Shown here in pieces: positions 1-11,670 of a stretch of DNA of 64,000 bases (its first letter is position 1; each line of letters starts with the position of its first letter). The notes below the pieces were generated by a model, which saw only the letters and a list, made by a program, of their open reading frames with translations, ran no database searches and had not been told where the DNA came from. The translations under genes and the position numbers were made by a program. Source of the DNA: an uncultured Actinomycetes bacterium (GTDB lineage: Bacteria > Actinomycetota > Acidimicrobiia > Spongiisociales > DATADW01); NCBI GenBank assembly GCA_963824995.1, contig CAWGRK010000007.1, forward strand, positions 62,001 through 126,000, in the 5' to 3' direction.

Positions 1-246
1 GGCGTTGACGACCCGGCCGGCTGGGTGGTGGAGCCGGATCGACGGCTGGCCATACGCCACGCCCTCGCCGTAGCCGAACCGGGCGACGCCATCCTCGTCC
101 TGGGCAAGGGGCACGAGCGGGGACAGGACCTGGCCGGCGTGGTCCATCCGTTCGACGATCTGCAGGTGGCGGCTGAGGAACTCGGCGCGCTCGGGTATCC
201 GCAACGCGAGGGGTCACCCCGCAGACCGGCTGGGGTCGGCGGATGA
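1..246 (+). CDS. murE: UDP-N-acetylmuramoyl-tripeptide synthetase MurE, C-terminal part (5' truncated by the window)
   Basis: DRRLAI...GDAILVLGKGHERGQ...PFDD is the MurE C-terminal signature; position at the head of the dcw cluster. Confidence 0.88.
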   Translation, partial: GVDDPAGWVVEPDRRLAIRHALAVAEPGDAILVLGKGHERGQDLAGVVHPFDDLQVAAEELGALGYPQREGSPRRPAGVGG

Positions 247-1320
247 TCCGGTCTTCTCGTCGCCGGCGGCGTTTCGATGTTCCTGGTGTTGTTCACCATG
301 CCCTTCGCCATCCGTGTCCTTCGCAGGGCCCGGATCGGCCAGTTCATCCAGGAGGAGATCGAGGGCCACGCCCACAAGCAGGGCACTCCGACCATGGGCG
401 GGGTGGTGATGGTGATCGCAGTAGTGGTCGGCTATCTCGCCGCCCACCTCCGATTGTGGAACCCGGCGAGCGGGTTCGACCTCGAGTTCCTCCCGTTGCA
501 GCCCGTCGGCCTGCTCGCCATCGGCGTCTTCCTCGGCATGGGGCTCCTCGGATTCCTCGACGATGTCATCAAGCACACCAGACAGCGCAGCCTCGGGCTC
601 AACAAGCGTGCCAAGTTCGCCGGCCAGGCAGCAGTTGCCGCACTCTTCGCCTGGGGCGCCCAATCGGCCGGGGTCAACACCGAATTGAGCTTCGTCCGTC
701 CGCTCGGGATCGCCCTGGGTGGCTTCTTCTTCATCTGGGTGCTGGTGATGCTCTCAGGAGCGGCCAACGGGGTGAACCTGGCCGATGGTATGGACGGGCT
801 TGCTGCGGGCTCGGCGGCGCTTGTGTTCGGCGCATTCACCATCATCGCCTTCTGGCAGTTCCGCCACCCGGTCTTCTACAACTTCTTCCCCACCGCAACG
901 ACGCCGCTCGAGCTGGGGGAGATCGCCACGGCCATGGTCGGAGCGCTGCTCGGGTTCCTCTGGTGGAACGCCGCCCCGGCCAAGATCTTCATGGGCGACG
1001 TCGGCTCGCAGGCGATCGGCGGGCTGCTCGGCGCACTGGCGCTGCTCACCAGCACCCAGTTGCTCCTGCTGGTGGTGGGGGGCCTCTACGTGGCCGAGAC
1101 CCTCTCCGTGATGCTCCAGGTGGCCAGCTTCCGGCTGTTCGGGCGGCGCATCTTCCGGATGGCGCCGATCCACTTCCACTACGACCTCAAGGGGTGGCCG
1201 GAGACGACGATCGTGGTCCGCTTCTGGATTCTCGCCGGGGTCGGGGTCGCCCTCGGATTGGGTCTCTTCTACACCGACTTCCTGGTCAACTCGACCATCG
1301 CATCGGGGTCCGAGCTGTGA
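243..1320 (+). CDS. mraY: phospho-N-acetylmuramoyl-pentapeptide transferase
   Basis: KQGTPTMGG, NLADGMDGL, FMGDVGS and MAPIHFH motifs. The ATG at 243 overlaps the murE stop; removing one C near 249 gives MIGLLVAGGVSMF in frame with ORF 277..1320. Confidence 0.95.
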
Positions 1321-1354
1321 CCGGCGCCCGGAGTGTCTCGGGCGGCGGCGGCCG

Positions 1355-2683
1355 ATGAGGGCCCTGGTGCTCGGCGCAGCGGTGTCGGGGCGGGCGGCGG
1401 CTCGTCTCGCCATCCGCTCGGGCCGACGGGTGACGGTGTGGGATGCCGACCCCGCTGCTGCGGCGAGCCTCACCTCGGAGGGGATCCCCGCAGTGGGAGG
1501 ATCGTGGAGCGCCGATCTGCTCGAAGGCGTCGACCTGGTGGTGGTCAGCCCGGGAATCCCGGAGAACGCACTGCCCATCGTTGAAACACTCGAGGCGCGG
1601 GTGCCGCTGTGGAGCGAGGTCGAGTTCGCATGGCGTCAACTGACGGCGCCGGTGGTCGCGGTGACCGGGACCAACGGCAAGACGACGGTGACCTCGCTGA
1701 TAGCCGACATGCTGGGTCGAAGCGGACTGGCGACCGTGGCGGCGGGGAACATCGGGACGGCGCTGTCCGACGTGGTCGGGGGCGCCTGGGAATTCGTGGT
1801 CGTCGAGGTTTCGAGCTTCCAATTGCGATTCACCGACAGGTTCCGGCCCGAGGTTGCGGTGCTGCTCAACGTCGCCCCCGACCACCTCGACTGGCACGGC
1901 TCGCTCCACGCCTACACGGCGGCGAAGGCGCGCCTATTCGCCAACCAAGGCCCCGAGCAGGTGCTCGTCTACGACGCCGACGACCCGGGAGCGGCAGCGC
2001 TGGCCGAGTCGGCGGGTGCCAGGCTCGTCCCCGCCAGCGGGCGCCGCCTCCCCGATGGAGGGGTCGGCGTGACGGACACGTCGATCGCGATAGACGGGAC
2101 GGTCGTCCCCCTCACCGGCTTGGCGGTGGGAGACCCGGCGTACCTTCTCGACATCGCCGCCGCGGGTGCCGCGGCGCTCGCCGCCGGAGCCACATCGGAT
2201 GCGATCGTTGCCGCCGCCTGCGAGTTCCGACCCGGCGCCCACCGCCGGGAGGTGGTCGGTGTGTGGAACGGGATCACCTGGGTGGACGACTCCAAGGCGA
2301 CCAATCCCCACGCCGCCCGGGCAGCCCTCGACGCCTATCCGTCGGTCGTCCTCATCGCCGGCGGCCGGAGCAAGGGACTCGACCTTGCCCCGCTGGCCAA
2401 GCATCCCCACCTGCGGCGGCTTGTTGCGATCGGGGAGTCTGCCCCCACTCTCCTCGACGCCTCACCGCCAGGCGTGGGGGTCTGGGCGGCCGACATGGCC
2501 GAGGCAGTCGAGCTTGCCGGTGAGGCAGCGGTTGCGGGGGACGTGGTGCTGCTCGCCCCGGGCGGCGCCAGCTTCGACATGTTCGACTCCTACGCCCATC
2601 GCGGCGAGGTGTTCGCCGACGAGGTGCGATCGCTCCACTCCGAGGCCCAGGACGACGAGCCAGCCGGGAGGAGGAGACGATGA
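1355..2683 (+). CDS. murD: UDP-N-acetylmuramoyl-L-alanine--D-glutamate ligase
   Basis: VTGTNGKTT, EVSSFQL, DHLDWH, DDSKATN and ASFDMF motifs. Confidence 0.95.
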   Translation: MRALVLGAAVSGRAAARLAIRSGRRVTVWDADPAAAASLTSEGIPAVGGSWSADLLEGVDLVVVSPGIPENALPIVETLEARVPLWSEVEFAWRQLTAPVVAVTGTNGKTTVTSLIADMLGRSGLATVAAGNIGTALSDVVGGAWEFVVVEVSSFQLRFTDRFRPEVAVLLNVAPDHLDWHGSLHAYTAAKARLFANQGPEQVLVYDADDPGAAALAESAGARLVPASGRRLPDGGVGVTDTSIAIDGTVVPLTGLAVGDPAYLLDIAAAGAAALAAGATSDAIVAAACEFRPGAHRREVVGVWNGITWVDDSKATNPHAARAALDAYPSVVLIAGGRSKGLDLAPLAKHPHLRRLVAIGESAPTLLDASPPGVGVWAADMAEAVELAGEAAVAGDVVLLAPGGASFDMFDSYAHRGEVFADEVRSLHSEAQDDEPAGRRRR

Positions 2684-3852
2684 CCGCCAATGTGACATCC
2701 ATCGTCCGGGCCAGGGCCGAGGCGCGCGGCAGGGCACAGCGTTCGGTGGCCAACACCAGGCTGCAGGTCGGCATCATCGTCGTCGTTGGCGTGCTCACCG
2801 TGGTGGGTCTCGGCGCCACGCTGTCGGCGTCCTCGGTGGCGGGCCTCGAGCAGGCCCAGGACGGCCTCTATTTCTTCAAGCGGCAGGCGATCGGGGTCGG
2901 GATCGGAGTGGTGGCGCTGGTGGCGGCATCGCTCATCCCGTACCGGGTCTACCGGCGATTCGCCTGGCCGATATTCCTGGTGACCGTGGCCCTGCTGGTG
3001 GCGGTCCTCGTGGTGGGGACGAGGATCTATGGCGCAACGAGGTGGCTCCCGTTGGGCCCGCTGAGCTTCCAGCCCTCCGAGTTGGCCAAGTTCGCCGTGG
3101 TGGCCCTCCTGTCGGCTCTACTGGTGAAGAAGCAGTCGCTGCTGCTCGACTTCGGTCATTTCGTCGTACCGGTGGCTGCGATCGTGGGGACGGTCGGGCT
3201 GTTGCTGATGCTCCAGCCGGACCTGGGCACCTCGATCATCGTGGGCGCCGCCACCATGGCCGTGCTGGCTGCCTCGGCGGCGCCGATGCGCTACGTCGCC
3301 TTCGTCGGCGCCTCGGCGGTGGCCGCGACCACGGCGCTGGCGTTGATCGAGCCATATCGCCGGGCCCGTCTCACGTCGTTCCTCCACCCGTACGCCGACC
3401 CGTTGGGCGACGGCTATCAGTTGATCCAGAGCTACCTGGCTCTTGGTACCGGTGGGACCTTCGGGGTGGGTCTTGGTGCCAGCAGGGCACGCTGGCTCTT
3501 CCTCCCCAACGCCCACAGCGACTTCATCTTCGCCATCATCGGTGAGGAGACCGGCTTCGTCGGTGGCGTCGTCGTGCTCCTCCTCTTCGCTCTGCTCACC
3601 CTGCTCGGGGTGGCGGTGGCGTTGCGGGCCTCTGATCGGTTCGGGCGGCTGCTCGCCGTGGGGCTGACCGCCTGGCTCGGGACCCAGGCGCTGGTCAACC
3701 TCGGCGGCGTCATCGGCCTGCTCCCCATCACCGGAATCCCGCTCCCGTTCGTCTCGTTCGGGTCAACGGCCATCATCAGTTGCATGGCGGCAGCCGGGGT
3801 CCTGGTCAACATCGCCCGCCATGGGGGTTCTAGGCGGCCGGCCGCCGGATGA
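2680..3852 (+). CDS. ftsW: SEDS peptidoglycan glycosyltransferase FtsW
   Basis: GATRW, FQPSELAK, QPDLGT, HSDFIFAIIGEE and LPFVSFG motifs; multi-TM; dcw position. Confidence 0.95.
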   Translation: MTANVTSIVRARAEARGRAQRSVANTRLQVGIIVVVGVLTVVGLGATLSASSVAGLEQAQDGLYFFKRQAIGVGIGVVALVAASLIPYRVYRRFAWPIFLVTVALLVAVLVVGTRIYGATRWLPLGPLSFQPSELAKFAVVALLSALLVKKQSLLLDFGHFVVPVAAIVGTVGLLLMLQPDLGTSIIVGAATMAVLAASAAPMRYVAFVGASAVAATTALALIEPYRRARLTSFLHPYADPLGDGYQLIQSYLALGTGGTFGVGLGASRARWLFLPNAHSDFIFAIIGEETGFVGGVVVLLLFALLTLLGVAVALRASDRFGRLLAVGLTAWLGTQALVNLGGVIGLLPITGIPLPFVSFGSTAIISCMAAAGVLVNIARHGGSRRPAAG

Positions 3853-3901
3853 GCCGCCCCTGCCCGTCGGGCTTGGCCGACCGCAGCGGAGTTGGACGGC
3901 G

Positions 3902-4987
3902 TTGAGCTACCTGATCGCCGCCGCCGGCACCGGCGGGCACGTGTACCCGGGCCTCGCCGTGGGGGAGGCGCTTGTGGCCGCCGGGGTGTCCCGCCAGGAG
4001 GTGAGCTTCGTAGGCGGTGACCGTCTGGAGTCAGAGGTTTACCCGGCGGCGGGATTCCCGTTCCTCGCCGTCCCGCTGCGCGGCCTGGAGCGGCGTCTCA
4101 CCAGTCGTAATCTGGCCATCCCCCAGGTGGTCCGGTCGGCCGCCGGTGCCATTGGAAACGAGATGGGAGTGCGCCGGGTGCGGGCCGTCCTCGGCATGGG
4201 TGGGTACGTCACGCTCCCTACGGCCTGGGCGGCTCGCCGCCGGCGCCTCCCGCTGTACGTGGCCGAACAGAACGCCGATGCCGGCCTGGCCAACCGCGTC
4301 TCCGCAAGGTGGGCGGTGGCATCGTTCACCTCTTTCCCATCCACGGGCGGTCTGCGCAACGGTCGGTGGGTGGGAAACCCGATCCGGCGTCCGCTGGCGT
4401 CCTTCGACAGGGAGTCTCTCCGCCCCGAGGCGCTGGTCCGCTATGGGCTCGACCCCGACGTCATCGTGGTTGGTGTCATCGGCGGCAGCCTCGGGTCGGC
4501 GAATATCAACCGGGCCATCGTCGAGTCGGTCGAGGCATGGTCCGGCCCAGAGTTCCAGCTTCTCCACCTCGCAGGACAGTCGAACCTGGAGGAGATCTCA
4601 GCGGTGCGGTCCCGGTATACCGGGCCGGTCCGCTGGGTGGTCCTCGGGTTCGAGCCCGAGATCCAGTACGTTCTCGCCGCGAGCGATCTGGTGGTTGCGC
4701 GCGCCGGCGGTTCGGTCGCCGAGCTCACCGCCACGGCCACCCCGGCGGTACTCGTCCCCGGCGGGTTCGGGTCGAGCGGCCATCAGGCGGCAAACGCCGC
4801 CGCCCTGGCGGGTGCCGGCTCCGCCCGGGTGGTGATCGAGGAGGAGATCGGGGAGCTGGCGAAGGTGATAGAGGAGCTGATAGTCGACCGGGATCAGCGG
4901 GCGCGGATGGCCTCGGCCGCGCTCGGACTGGCTCGCCCCGACGCCGCCGACGAGATCGCAGCAGCACTCATGGCCGCGCATGGATGA
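3902..4987 (+). CDS. murG: lipid II N-acetylglucosaminyltransferase MurG
   Basis: AGTGGHVYPG, GGYV, EQN, GNPIR, GGSLGS and HQAANA motifs; TTG start inferred. Confidence 0.93.
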   Translation: MSYLIAAAGTGGHVYPGLAVGEALVAAGVSRQEVSFVGGDRLESEVYPAAGFPFLAVPLRGLERRLTSRNLAIPQVVRSAAGAIGNEMGVRRVRAVLGMGGYVTLPTAWAARRRRLPLYVAEQNADAGLANRVSARWAVASFTSFPSTGGLRNGRWVGNPIRRPLASFDRESLRPEALVRYGLDPDVIVVGVIGGSLGSANINRAIVESVEAWSGPEFQLLHLAGQSNLEEISAVRSRYTGPVRWVVLGFEPEIQYVLAASDLVVARAGGSVAELTATATPAVLVPGGFGSSGHQAANAAALAGAGSARVVIEEEIGELAKVIEELIVDRDQRARMASAALGLARPDAADEIAAALMAAHG

Positions 4988-6379
4988 GCCAGGCGCCCCT
5001 CGCCCGGGTGACGTGCTGGCGGCTGCCGCCAGCATCCACCTCGTCGGGGCCGGCGGGGCAGGTATGAGTGCGCTGGCAAAGCTTCTCTTCCAACAGGGAC
5101 GCACCGTCACCGGGTCCGACATGAAGCAGTCCCCGGCGCTCGCCGACCTGTCCGATCTCGGTATCGATGTGTGGGCCGGGAGCCGGCCCGACGCGGTGGT
5201 CGGTGTCGATCTGGTCGTGGCGTCTTCGGCGGTCCCCGCCTCTGATCCGGAACTGGTCGCCGCCGAGGCAGCCGCCGTGACGGTCTGGCAGCGGCCCCAG
5301 CTGCTCGGGGCGCTCACCTCGGTCATGCCCGCCATCGGCGTGACCGGGACCCATGGGAAGACGTCCTCGACCGCCCTCCTGGTGACGGCGCTCCGCGCTA
5401 TGGGCGCGACCCTTCATTTGTCGTGGGCGGTGACCTGGTCGATCAGCGGACAAACGCCCACCTTGGCGAAGAGAGCCTCTTCGTTCTCGAGGCGGACGAG
5501 GCTTTCGGCACGTTCCTCCACCTCGACCTGGTGGGGCTCATGGTCACCAACGTAGACGCCGAGCATCTCGAGCACTATGGGGACGTCGCCGCACTCGAGG
5601 ATGCCTTCGCCTCGGTCGTCGAAAGGACCCGGGGCCCTGTCCTGGTGGGGATTGACGACCCCGGCGGGAGGCGACTCGCCGATCACACCGGCGCCGCCAG
5701 CTACGGGACCGCACCCGACGCCCTGTGGCGCATCGAGCATGTCGCCGAGGCGCCGTCCACGGTGGCGTTCCGGCTTATCGGGCCTGACTCGATATTGGAG
5801 GTCGAGGTGGGCCGGCCCGGAGCCCACATGGCACGCAACGCCGCCGGAGCGCTGGCACTGATCGGCACGCTCGGGATGGACATCGGCGCAGCGGCCGCCA
5901 GCTTCAAGAGGTTCGCCGGGGTTCGGCGGCGGTTCGAGGTGCGCGGCGAGGTCGGTGGTGTGACCCTGATCGACGACTATGCCCACCATCCCACCGAGGT
6001 GGCGGCGACGCTCTCGGCGGCAAGACGTGGACCGTGGCGGCGGCTGTGGGCGGTCTTCCAGCCCCATCTGTTCAGCAGGACGCTCGCCCTACACGATCAA
6101 TTCGGTGCCGCTTTCGCCCTCGCCGACCGGGTGGTGATCACCGATGTGTTCCCGGCCCGCGAAGCGCCCATCCCCGGGGTCACAGGCGAACTGGTGGCCG
6201 ACGCCGCCCGGCGAGCGGTCCCAGCCAAGGTGGACTATCTCCCACACCGCGCCGATCTCGCCGGCTTCCTGGCCTCCGCCGTCGAGCCGGGAGATGTGGT
6301 GCTCACCATGGGGGCGGGCGACATCACCTCGCTCGCCGACGAGTTGGTGCCGCTGTTGGTGGAGAGGTGGGGGCGGTGA
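4980..6379 (+). CDS. murC: UDP-N-acetylmuramate--L-alanine ligase (1-bp deletion near 5408)
   Basis: GAGGAGMS and GTHGKTS in ORF 4980..5555; EADE, GVRRRF and DDYAHHPTE in ORF 5423..6379. Confidence 0.93.
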
Positions 6380-7320
6380 CCAGCCAACTCGCCGCCCTGG
6401 TCTCCTCGGGGAGAGCCCGCACCGATGAATATTTGGCGCCCTTGACGACCTACAAGTTGGGGGGACCTGCCCGCTGGCTGGTCGAGGCCGCCTCCGAAGA
6501 GGAAGTGTTGACGGCCGGGACCGCCGCCCGGGCCGCCGGTGTCGAACTGCTCGTTCTGGGGCGGGGATCCAATCTGGTGATCGCAGACTCCGGTTTCGAC
6601 GGGGTGGTGCTCAGGCTGGTGGGCGAACTCACCTCGGTCGATGTGGGACCGTCGGGGGAGGTCCGCGCCGGGGCAGGCGCATCGCTACCGGTGGTGGCTC
6701 GCCAGGCAGCGCGATCTGGCCGCTCCGGTCTCGAGTTCTTCGTGGGGGTTCCCGGGTCGGTGGGTGGGGCGGTGCGGATGAACGCCGGGTGCCACGGCCG
6801 GGAAACGGCGGACGTGCTGGTGGCGGCTCGGGTGGTCGACACCGCCGCGGGGGACGTCGAGGACCGCCAGGCGGGATCGCTCGGCCTCGGCTATCGCACG
6901 TCGTCGCTCGGGCCGGCCGAGGTCGTGGTGCGAGACGCTCGTTTTCACACAGAGGAGGGGGTGACCGCCGCGGCCGAAGAGGAGATGCGTGAGGTGACCC
7001 GCTGGAGGCGGCTCCACCAGCCAGGGGGCACCCTCAATGCCGGGAGCGTCTTCGCCAACCCACCAGGCGACACCGCCGGTCGGATCATCGACCATCTCGG
7101 GTTGAAGGGCTTCTCCGTCGGGGGGGCATCGGTGTCCACCAAGCACGCCAACTTCTTCGTAGCCGGGCCGGAGGCGACCGCCCAGGATGTCCACGATCTG
7201 GTGTGGGCGGTGAGACGACGGGTGGGAGACGCAACCGGTGTCTGGCTCCGCCCCGAGGTCCGATTCGCCGGAAGGTTCGCCCCCTCACCCGATCAGACGG
7301 CCGACGGTGGTGTGGGATGA
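6376..7320 (+). CDS. murB: UDP-N-acetylmuramate dehydrogenase
   Basis: TTYKLGGPA, LGRGSNL, PGSVGGAVRMNAG, GSVFANP, KHANF and LRPEV motifs; GTGA overlap with murC. Confidence 0.95.
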   Translation: MTSQLAALVSSGRARTDEYLAPLTTYKLGGPARWLVEAASEEEVLTAGTAARAAGVELLVLGRGSNLVIADSGFDGVVLRLVGELTSVDVGPSGEVRAGAGASLPVVARQAARSGRSGLEFFVGVPGSVGGAVRMNAGCHGRETADVLVAARVVDTAAGDVEDRQAGSLGLGYRTSSLGPAEVVVRDARFHTEEGVTAAAEEEMREVTRWRRLHQPGGTLNAGSVFANPPGDTAGRIIDHLGLKGFSVGGASVSTKHANFFVAGPEATAQDVHDLVWAVRRRVGDATGVWLRPEVRFAGRFAPSPDQTADGGVG

Positions 7321-8156
7321 CCGTGCTCGACCCCAGGATCGCCCGGCGCCGCCGGCTTGTGGCGGAGAGCCACGCCCGTCGGCGGGTGCGGCGCTTGGTC
7401 CTGCTGTTGGCCACCGCGGTGTTCGCCGGGGCGGTGGCTTGGGCATTGCAGTCCCCCTTCCTCTCGGTGCGCGCCATCAGAGTGGAGGGGGCAGTCGAAA
7501 CACCCGTCCGCAAGCTCATGGCCGAGGCGGGATTCTCCAAGGGCCGTCCGCTGGTGACCATCAGGCCCGCCGAGGTGGAATCGGTCCTCCTCCAGGACCC
7601 CTGGGTCGCCGAGGCGATGGTGACAGTCCGGTTGCCAGACACCCTCGATGTGGTGGTGCGGGAGCGGGAGGCGGTGGGTTGGGCCCGCACCGAGGATGGC
7701 TGGCTGCTCCTCTCGGCGGGCGGTGTGCCCGTGGAGGTGAGTGACGGCCCTGGCGCGGGCAGCCACGGGTTTGTCTCCATTCCCATCACCGACCCGGTGC
7801 TCGGGGAGCGCCACCCCGAGGACATGGTCCGGGGCGCCACCGCCTTCCTCGCCGCCTTCCCGGCGCGCCACCGCGGCGGCATAACGGTGCGTGAAGTGAA
7901 GGGGGAGTTGTGGGCCCGGTTGGAGGGGATACAGGCACGCCTCGGGTCGGCGGGGGAGATGAAGGCAAAGGCGGCTGCTCTGACCGCGGTCATCGACGAG
8001 GTACCGCCCGGTTCGACGATCACGGTTATTTCCCCCTCCCATCCCGCCGTGAAGCTTCCTCGCGGCTACACGCAGCCGACAGCCAGCTCGGTAAAGCTTC
8101 AACGTCCACTACAGGGTGAGCGTGCTCCTATTGCCACGGCGCGAGCATTTGTGTAA
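7317..8156 (+). CDS. ftsQ: cell division protein FtsQ/DivIB family
   Basis: Basic N-terminus, one TM segment, POTRA-like region (LQDPWVAEAMVTVRLPDTLDVVVRER); lies between murB and ftsZ. Confidence 0.8.
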   Translation: MTVLDPRIARRRRLVAESHARRRVRRLVLLLATAVFAGAVAWALQSPFLSVRAIRVEGAVETPVRKLMAEAGFSKGRPLVTIRPAEVESVLLQDPWVAEAMVTVRLPDTLDVVVREREAVGWARTEDGWLLLSAGGVPVEVSDGPGAGSHGFVSIPITDPVLGERHPEDMVRGATAFLAAFPARHRGGITVREVKGELWARLEGIQARLGSAGEMKAKAAALTAVIDEVPPGSTITVISPSHPAVKLPRGYTQPTASSVKLQRPLQGERAPIATARAFV

Positions 8157-8179
8157 CTCTGTAGTCGAGGGTGAAGGCA
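8097..8179. promoter_or_regulatory. imperfect 23-bp inverted repeat pair at the ftsZ promoter (FtsR/MerR-type site candidate)
   Basis: 8097-8119 cttcaacgtccactacagggtga matches the reverse complement of 8154-8176 (cttcaccctcgactacagagtta) at 18/23 positions. Confidence 0.55.
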
Positions 8180-8302
8180 AGGGAACCGCCATCTATTGCG
8201 ATGGCGGTTGGTGGAGCCGGTCCCAACGCCCGGCCATCAGGCCAGACCGATCCGACCGGAGGGCCCTTGGAGCAGAGTCTCCAGGCCTGGAAAGGACAAC
8301 CG

Positions 8303-9355
8303 ATGTCGAGCAGATCGAGCAGCAGCGGGACCCGGCCGCAGAGCTACATCGCCGTTATCAAGGTGGTCGGCGTCGGCGGTGGTGGGGTGAACGCAGTCAA
8401 CAGGATGATCGATGCGGGTGTGCGCGGTGTCGAGTTCATCGCCATGAACACCGATGCGCAGGCGCTTTTGATGTCCGATGCCGACATCAAGCTCGACCTT
8501 GGCCGGGACATCACCCGCGGGTTGGGCGCCGGCGCCAACCCCGAGGTGGGCAGGGCCGCGGCGGAGGCCCATCGCGAGGAGCTCGAAGAAGTGCTCAAGG
8601 GCGCCGACATGGTGTTTGTCACCGCAGGCGAAGGCGGTGGCACCGGTACCGGCGGGGCGCCCGTAGTGGCCGAGGCCGCCCGGGGCCTGGGAGCGCTCAC
8701 CGTCGGTGTGGTGACCCGTCCGTTCGGGTTCGAGGGTCGGAGGCGCTCACTCCAAGCCGAGCAGGGGATCCAGGCGCTGCGCGAGGCGGTGGACACGCTC
8801 ATCGTGATACCGAACGACAAGCTCCTCGAGATCACCGATCCGAAGTCGTCGATCATCGAGAGCTTCCATCGTGCCGACGAGGTGCTCATGGCCGGAGTCG
8901 CCGGGATCACCAACCTGATCACCACACCCGGGCTGATCAACGTCGACTTCGCCGATGTGAAGACGGTCATGCAGGACGCAGGCACGGCTGTCATGGGCAT
9001 CGGCCGTTCCACCGGCGACGACCGGGCGACTCAGGCAGCGAACAAGGCGATCTCGTCGCCGCTGTTGGAGACGTCGATGGACGGGGCGCGTGGTGTGCTC
9101 CTCTCGGTGAGCGGGCCGGCGACGATGACGCTCCACGAGGTGAACAACGCCGCCAACGTGATCAAGGAGCATTGCGACGAGGAGGCCGAGATCATCTTCG
9201 GTGCCTTTGTGGACGATTCGGGCAGCGAGGAGATGCAGGTGACGGTGATCGCTGCAGGGTTCGAGCGGAAGCGCGGCGCCCGCGGCGTTCTCAGCGGGGT
9301 GCTCTCGTCGAACGGAGACGACGACTTCGAGATTCCTGCGTTCGTCCAGGGATGA
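8303..9355 (+). CDS. ftsZ: cell division GTPase FtsZ
   Basis: [24 protein letters not shown] and C-terminal DDFEIPAFV; aaagga RBS. Confidence 0.98.
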   Translation: MSSRSSSSGTRPQSYIAVIKVVGVGGGGVNAVNRMIDAGVRGVEFIAMNTDAQALLMSDADIKLDLGRDITRGLGAGANPEVGRAAAEAHREELEEVLKGADMVFVTAGEGGGTGTGGAPVVAEAARGLGALTVGVVTRPFGFEGRRRSLQAEQGIQALREAVDTLIVIPNDKLLEITDPKSSIIESFHRADEVLMAGVAGITNLITTPGLINVDFADVKTVMQDAGTAVMGIGRSTGDDRATQAANKAISSPLLETSMDGARGVLLSVSGPATMTLHEVNNAANVIKEHCDEEAEIIFGAFVDDSGSEEMQVTVIAAGFERKRGARGVLSGVLSSNGDDDFEIPAFVQG

Positions 9356-9972
9356 TCCTCCGCCCCTTCGGCGGAGCAGCTTTGACATTGGCGGCGGCAG
9401 GCGATCAGCGGGGCGACCGAGCCATGCGGGAGTCGGTCGCCGCAGAGTTGGGGATCGAACCCGAGTGGGCCACCCTTCATCAGGTCCACGGCACCACCGT
9501 GGTCGAGGCGAAGTCCCCCGGGGAACTCGGGGAAGGCGACGCCATCTTCACAAGGGTCACCGGGCTGCCTGTGGCGGTCTTCACCGCCGACTGCGCCGGC
9601 GTCGTCATGAAGGGCGACGGGATAGTCGGGGTGGCCCATGCCGGTTGGCGCGGCCTCGCCGCCGGGGTGATCAGTGCTCTGCGCACCGCCATGGACGAGG
9701 CTGGCTCCCCGGCGAAGGTCGCCGCCATCGGGCCGGCGATCGGCTCCTGCTGCTTCGAGGTTGGCGAGGAGGTGGCCGACCGATTTCCCCACGAACAAGC
9801 CACCACCACCTGGGGTTCACCAAGCGTCGATCTCGTCGCCTCGGCCAAAACCCAACTCGGCGGGCTCGATCTCTGGGACGCCGGGCGTTGCACCGGTCAC
9901 GACCCCGGTCTCTTCTCGCATCGCCGTCAACACACCAGTCGCCGGATGGCAGCTATCGGCTGGCTGGAGTGA
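9352..9972 (+). CDS. pgeF: peptidoglycan editing factor PgeF / polyphenol oxidase family
   Basis: [28 protein letters not shown] and FSHRR motifs; directly after ftsZ. Confidence 0.9.
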   Translation: MILRPFGGAALTLAAAGDQRGDRAMRESVAAELGIEPEWATLHQVHGTTVVEAKSPGELGEGDAIFTRVTGLPVAVFTADCAGVVMKGDGIVGVAHAGWRGLAAGVISALRTAMDEAGSPAKVAAIGPAIGSCCFEVGEEVADRFPHEQATTTWGSPSVDLVASAKTQLGGLDLWDAGRCTGHDPGLFSHRRQHTSRRMAAIGWLE

Positions 9973-10009
9973 GCCGTTTTGCGAGGAGCACTCACCTACG
10001 ATCCTCTCC

Positions 10010-10411
10010 ATGAACCACGACGACCTCCAGGGGTGGCTGGACCGCTATATGGCCGCATGGCGAGCCAACGATGCCGGTCCCATCGAAAACCTGTTCACCG
10101 ATGATGCCCTTTACCTGCATCACCCCTACGACGTCGGGTCCCGCGTTCTCCACGGTCGCGAGGCGATCGTCGCCAACTGGCTGGACGAGCCCGACGACCC
10201 CGACGGGTGGGAAGCGAGCTACGAGCCGTACGCGATCGATGGGGACCGAGCGGTCGCCGTCGGCTGGAGCCGCTACCTCGCCAACGGCGAGCAGCCCGAG
10301 GAGACCTTCCACAACGTCTACCTGCTCCGATTCGCTCCCGACGGTCGGTGTAGCGAATTCACCGAGTACTACATGCTCGAGCCGCCGCAAGACGACGCGG
10401 GCAGCGCCTAG
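10010..10411 (+). CDS. NTF2/SnoaL-like family protein
   Basis: WLDRYMAAW...LFTDDALY...GREAIVANW...DGRCSEFTEY pattern; TACGAT -10 box 7 nt upstream. Confidence 0.8.
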   Translation: MNHDDLQGWLDRYMAAWRANDAGPIENLFTDDALYLHHPYDVGSRVLHGREAIVANWLDEPDDPDGWEASYEPYAIDGDRAVAVGWSRYLANGEQPEETFHNVYLLRFAPDGRCSEFTEYYMLEPPQDDAGSA

Positions 10412-10435
10412 CGACGCGGCATTCGAGGCGGGCGG

Positions 10436-11097
<662 letters not shown>

Positions 11098-11101
<4 letters not shown>

Positions 11102-11664
11102 GCTCGCTGTGGCAGAAGACGCTGATGTACCTCGGGCTGGTCGACGAGGAGCAACTCGACGAGGAAGTCGAGTCCCGCCCTCCCGCGGCTGCACGCTCGA
11201 CCCGCCCCCCAACCACCCGCCAGAACACCAGAGGCCAAACATCCGGCCGCGACACGGTGGCCGGTCGCCGGGTGGAGCCACCTCCCGGTGCAGGATCCAG
11301 ACCGGTTGTGGTCTCAGGTGAAGGCGGCGGGCAGGACACGCCGTCGGGCTCGGTTCGGCCGGTCCGAGCGACCGACGTGCAGAGCGACGTGGTGCGAGTC
11401 ACCGACTTCGGCGATGCCAAGGTGCTGGCCGATCGGATCAGGGAGCGGACACCGGTGGTGCTCGACCTCCGATCCACCGACCCCGACATGGTGCGCCGCA
11501 TCATCGACTTCGCCAGCGGCTTGACCTATGCCCTCGACGGGACGATGGCGAAGACCACCGACGGTGTGGTGCTGGTCCTTCCCCCACGGGTAACCCTCGG
11601 GCAGGAGGAGCAGCGCAGGCTCGAGGGGCAAGGGTTGTACGAAATACCTGAATCGGCCTCCTGA
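11098..11664 (+). CDS. sepF: cell division protein SepF
   Basis: KTLMYLGL N-terminal helix and RRIIDFASGLTYALDG. Confidence 0.93.
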
Positions 11665-11670
11665 CACAGG

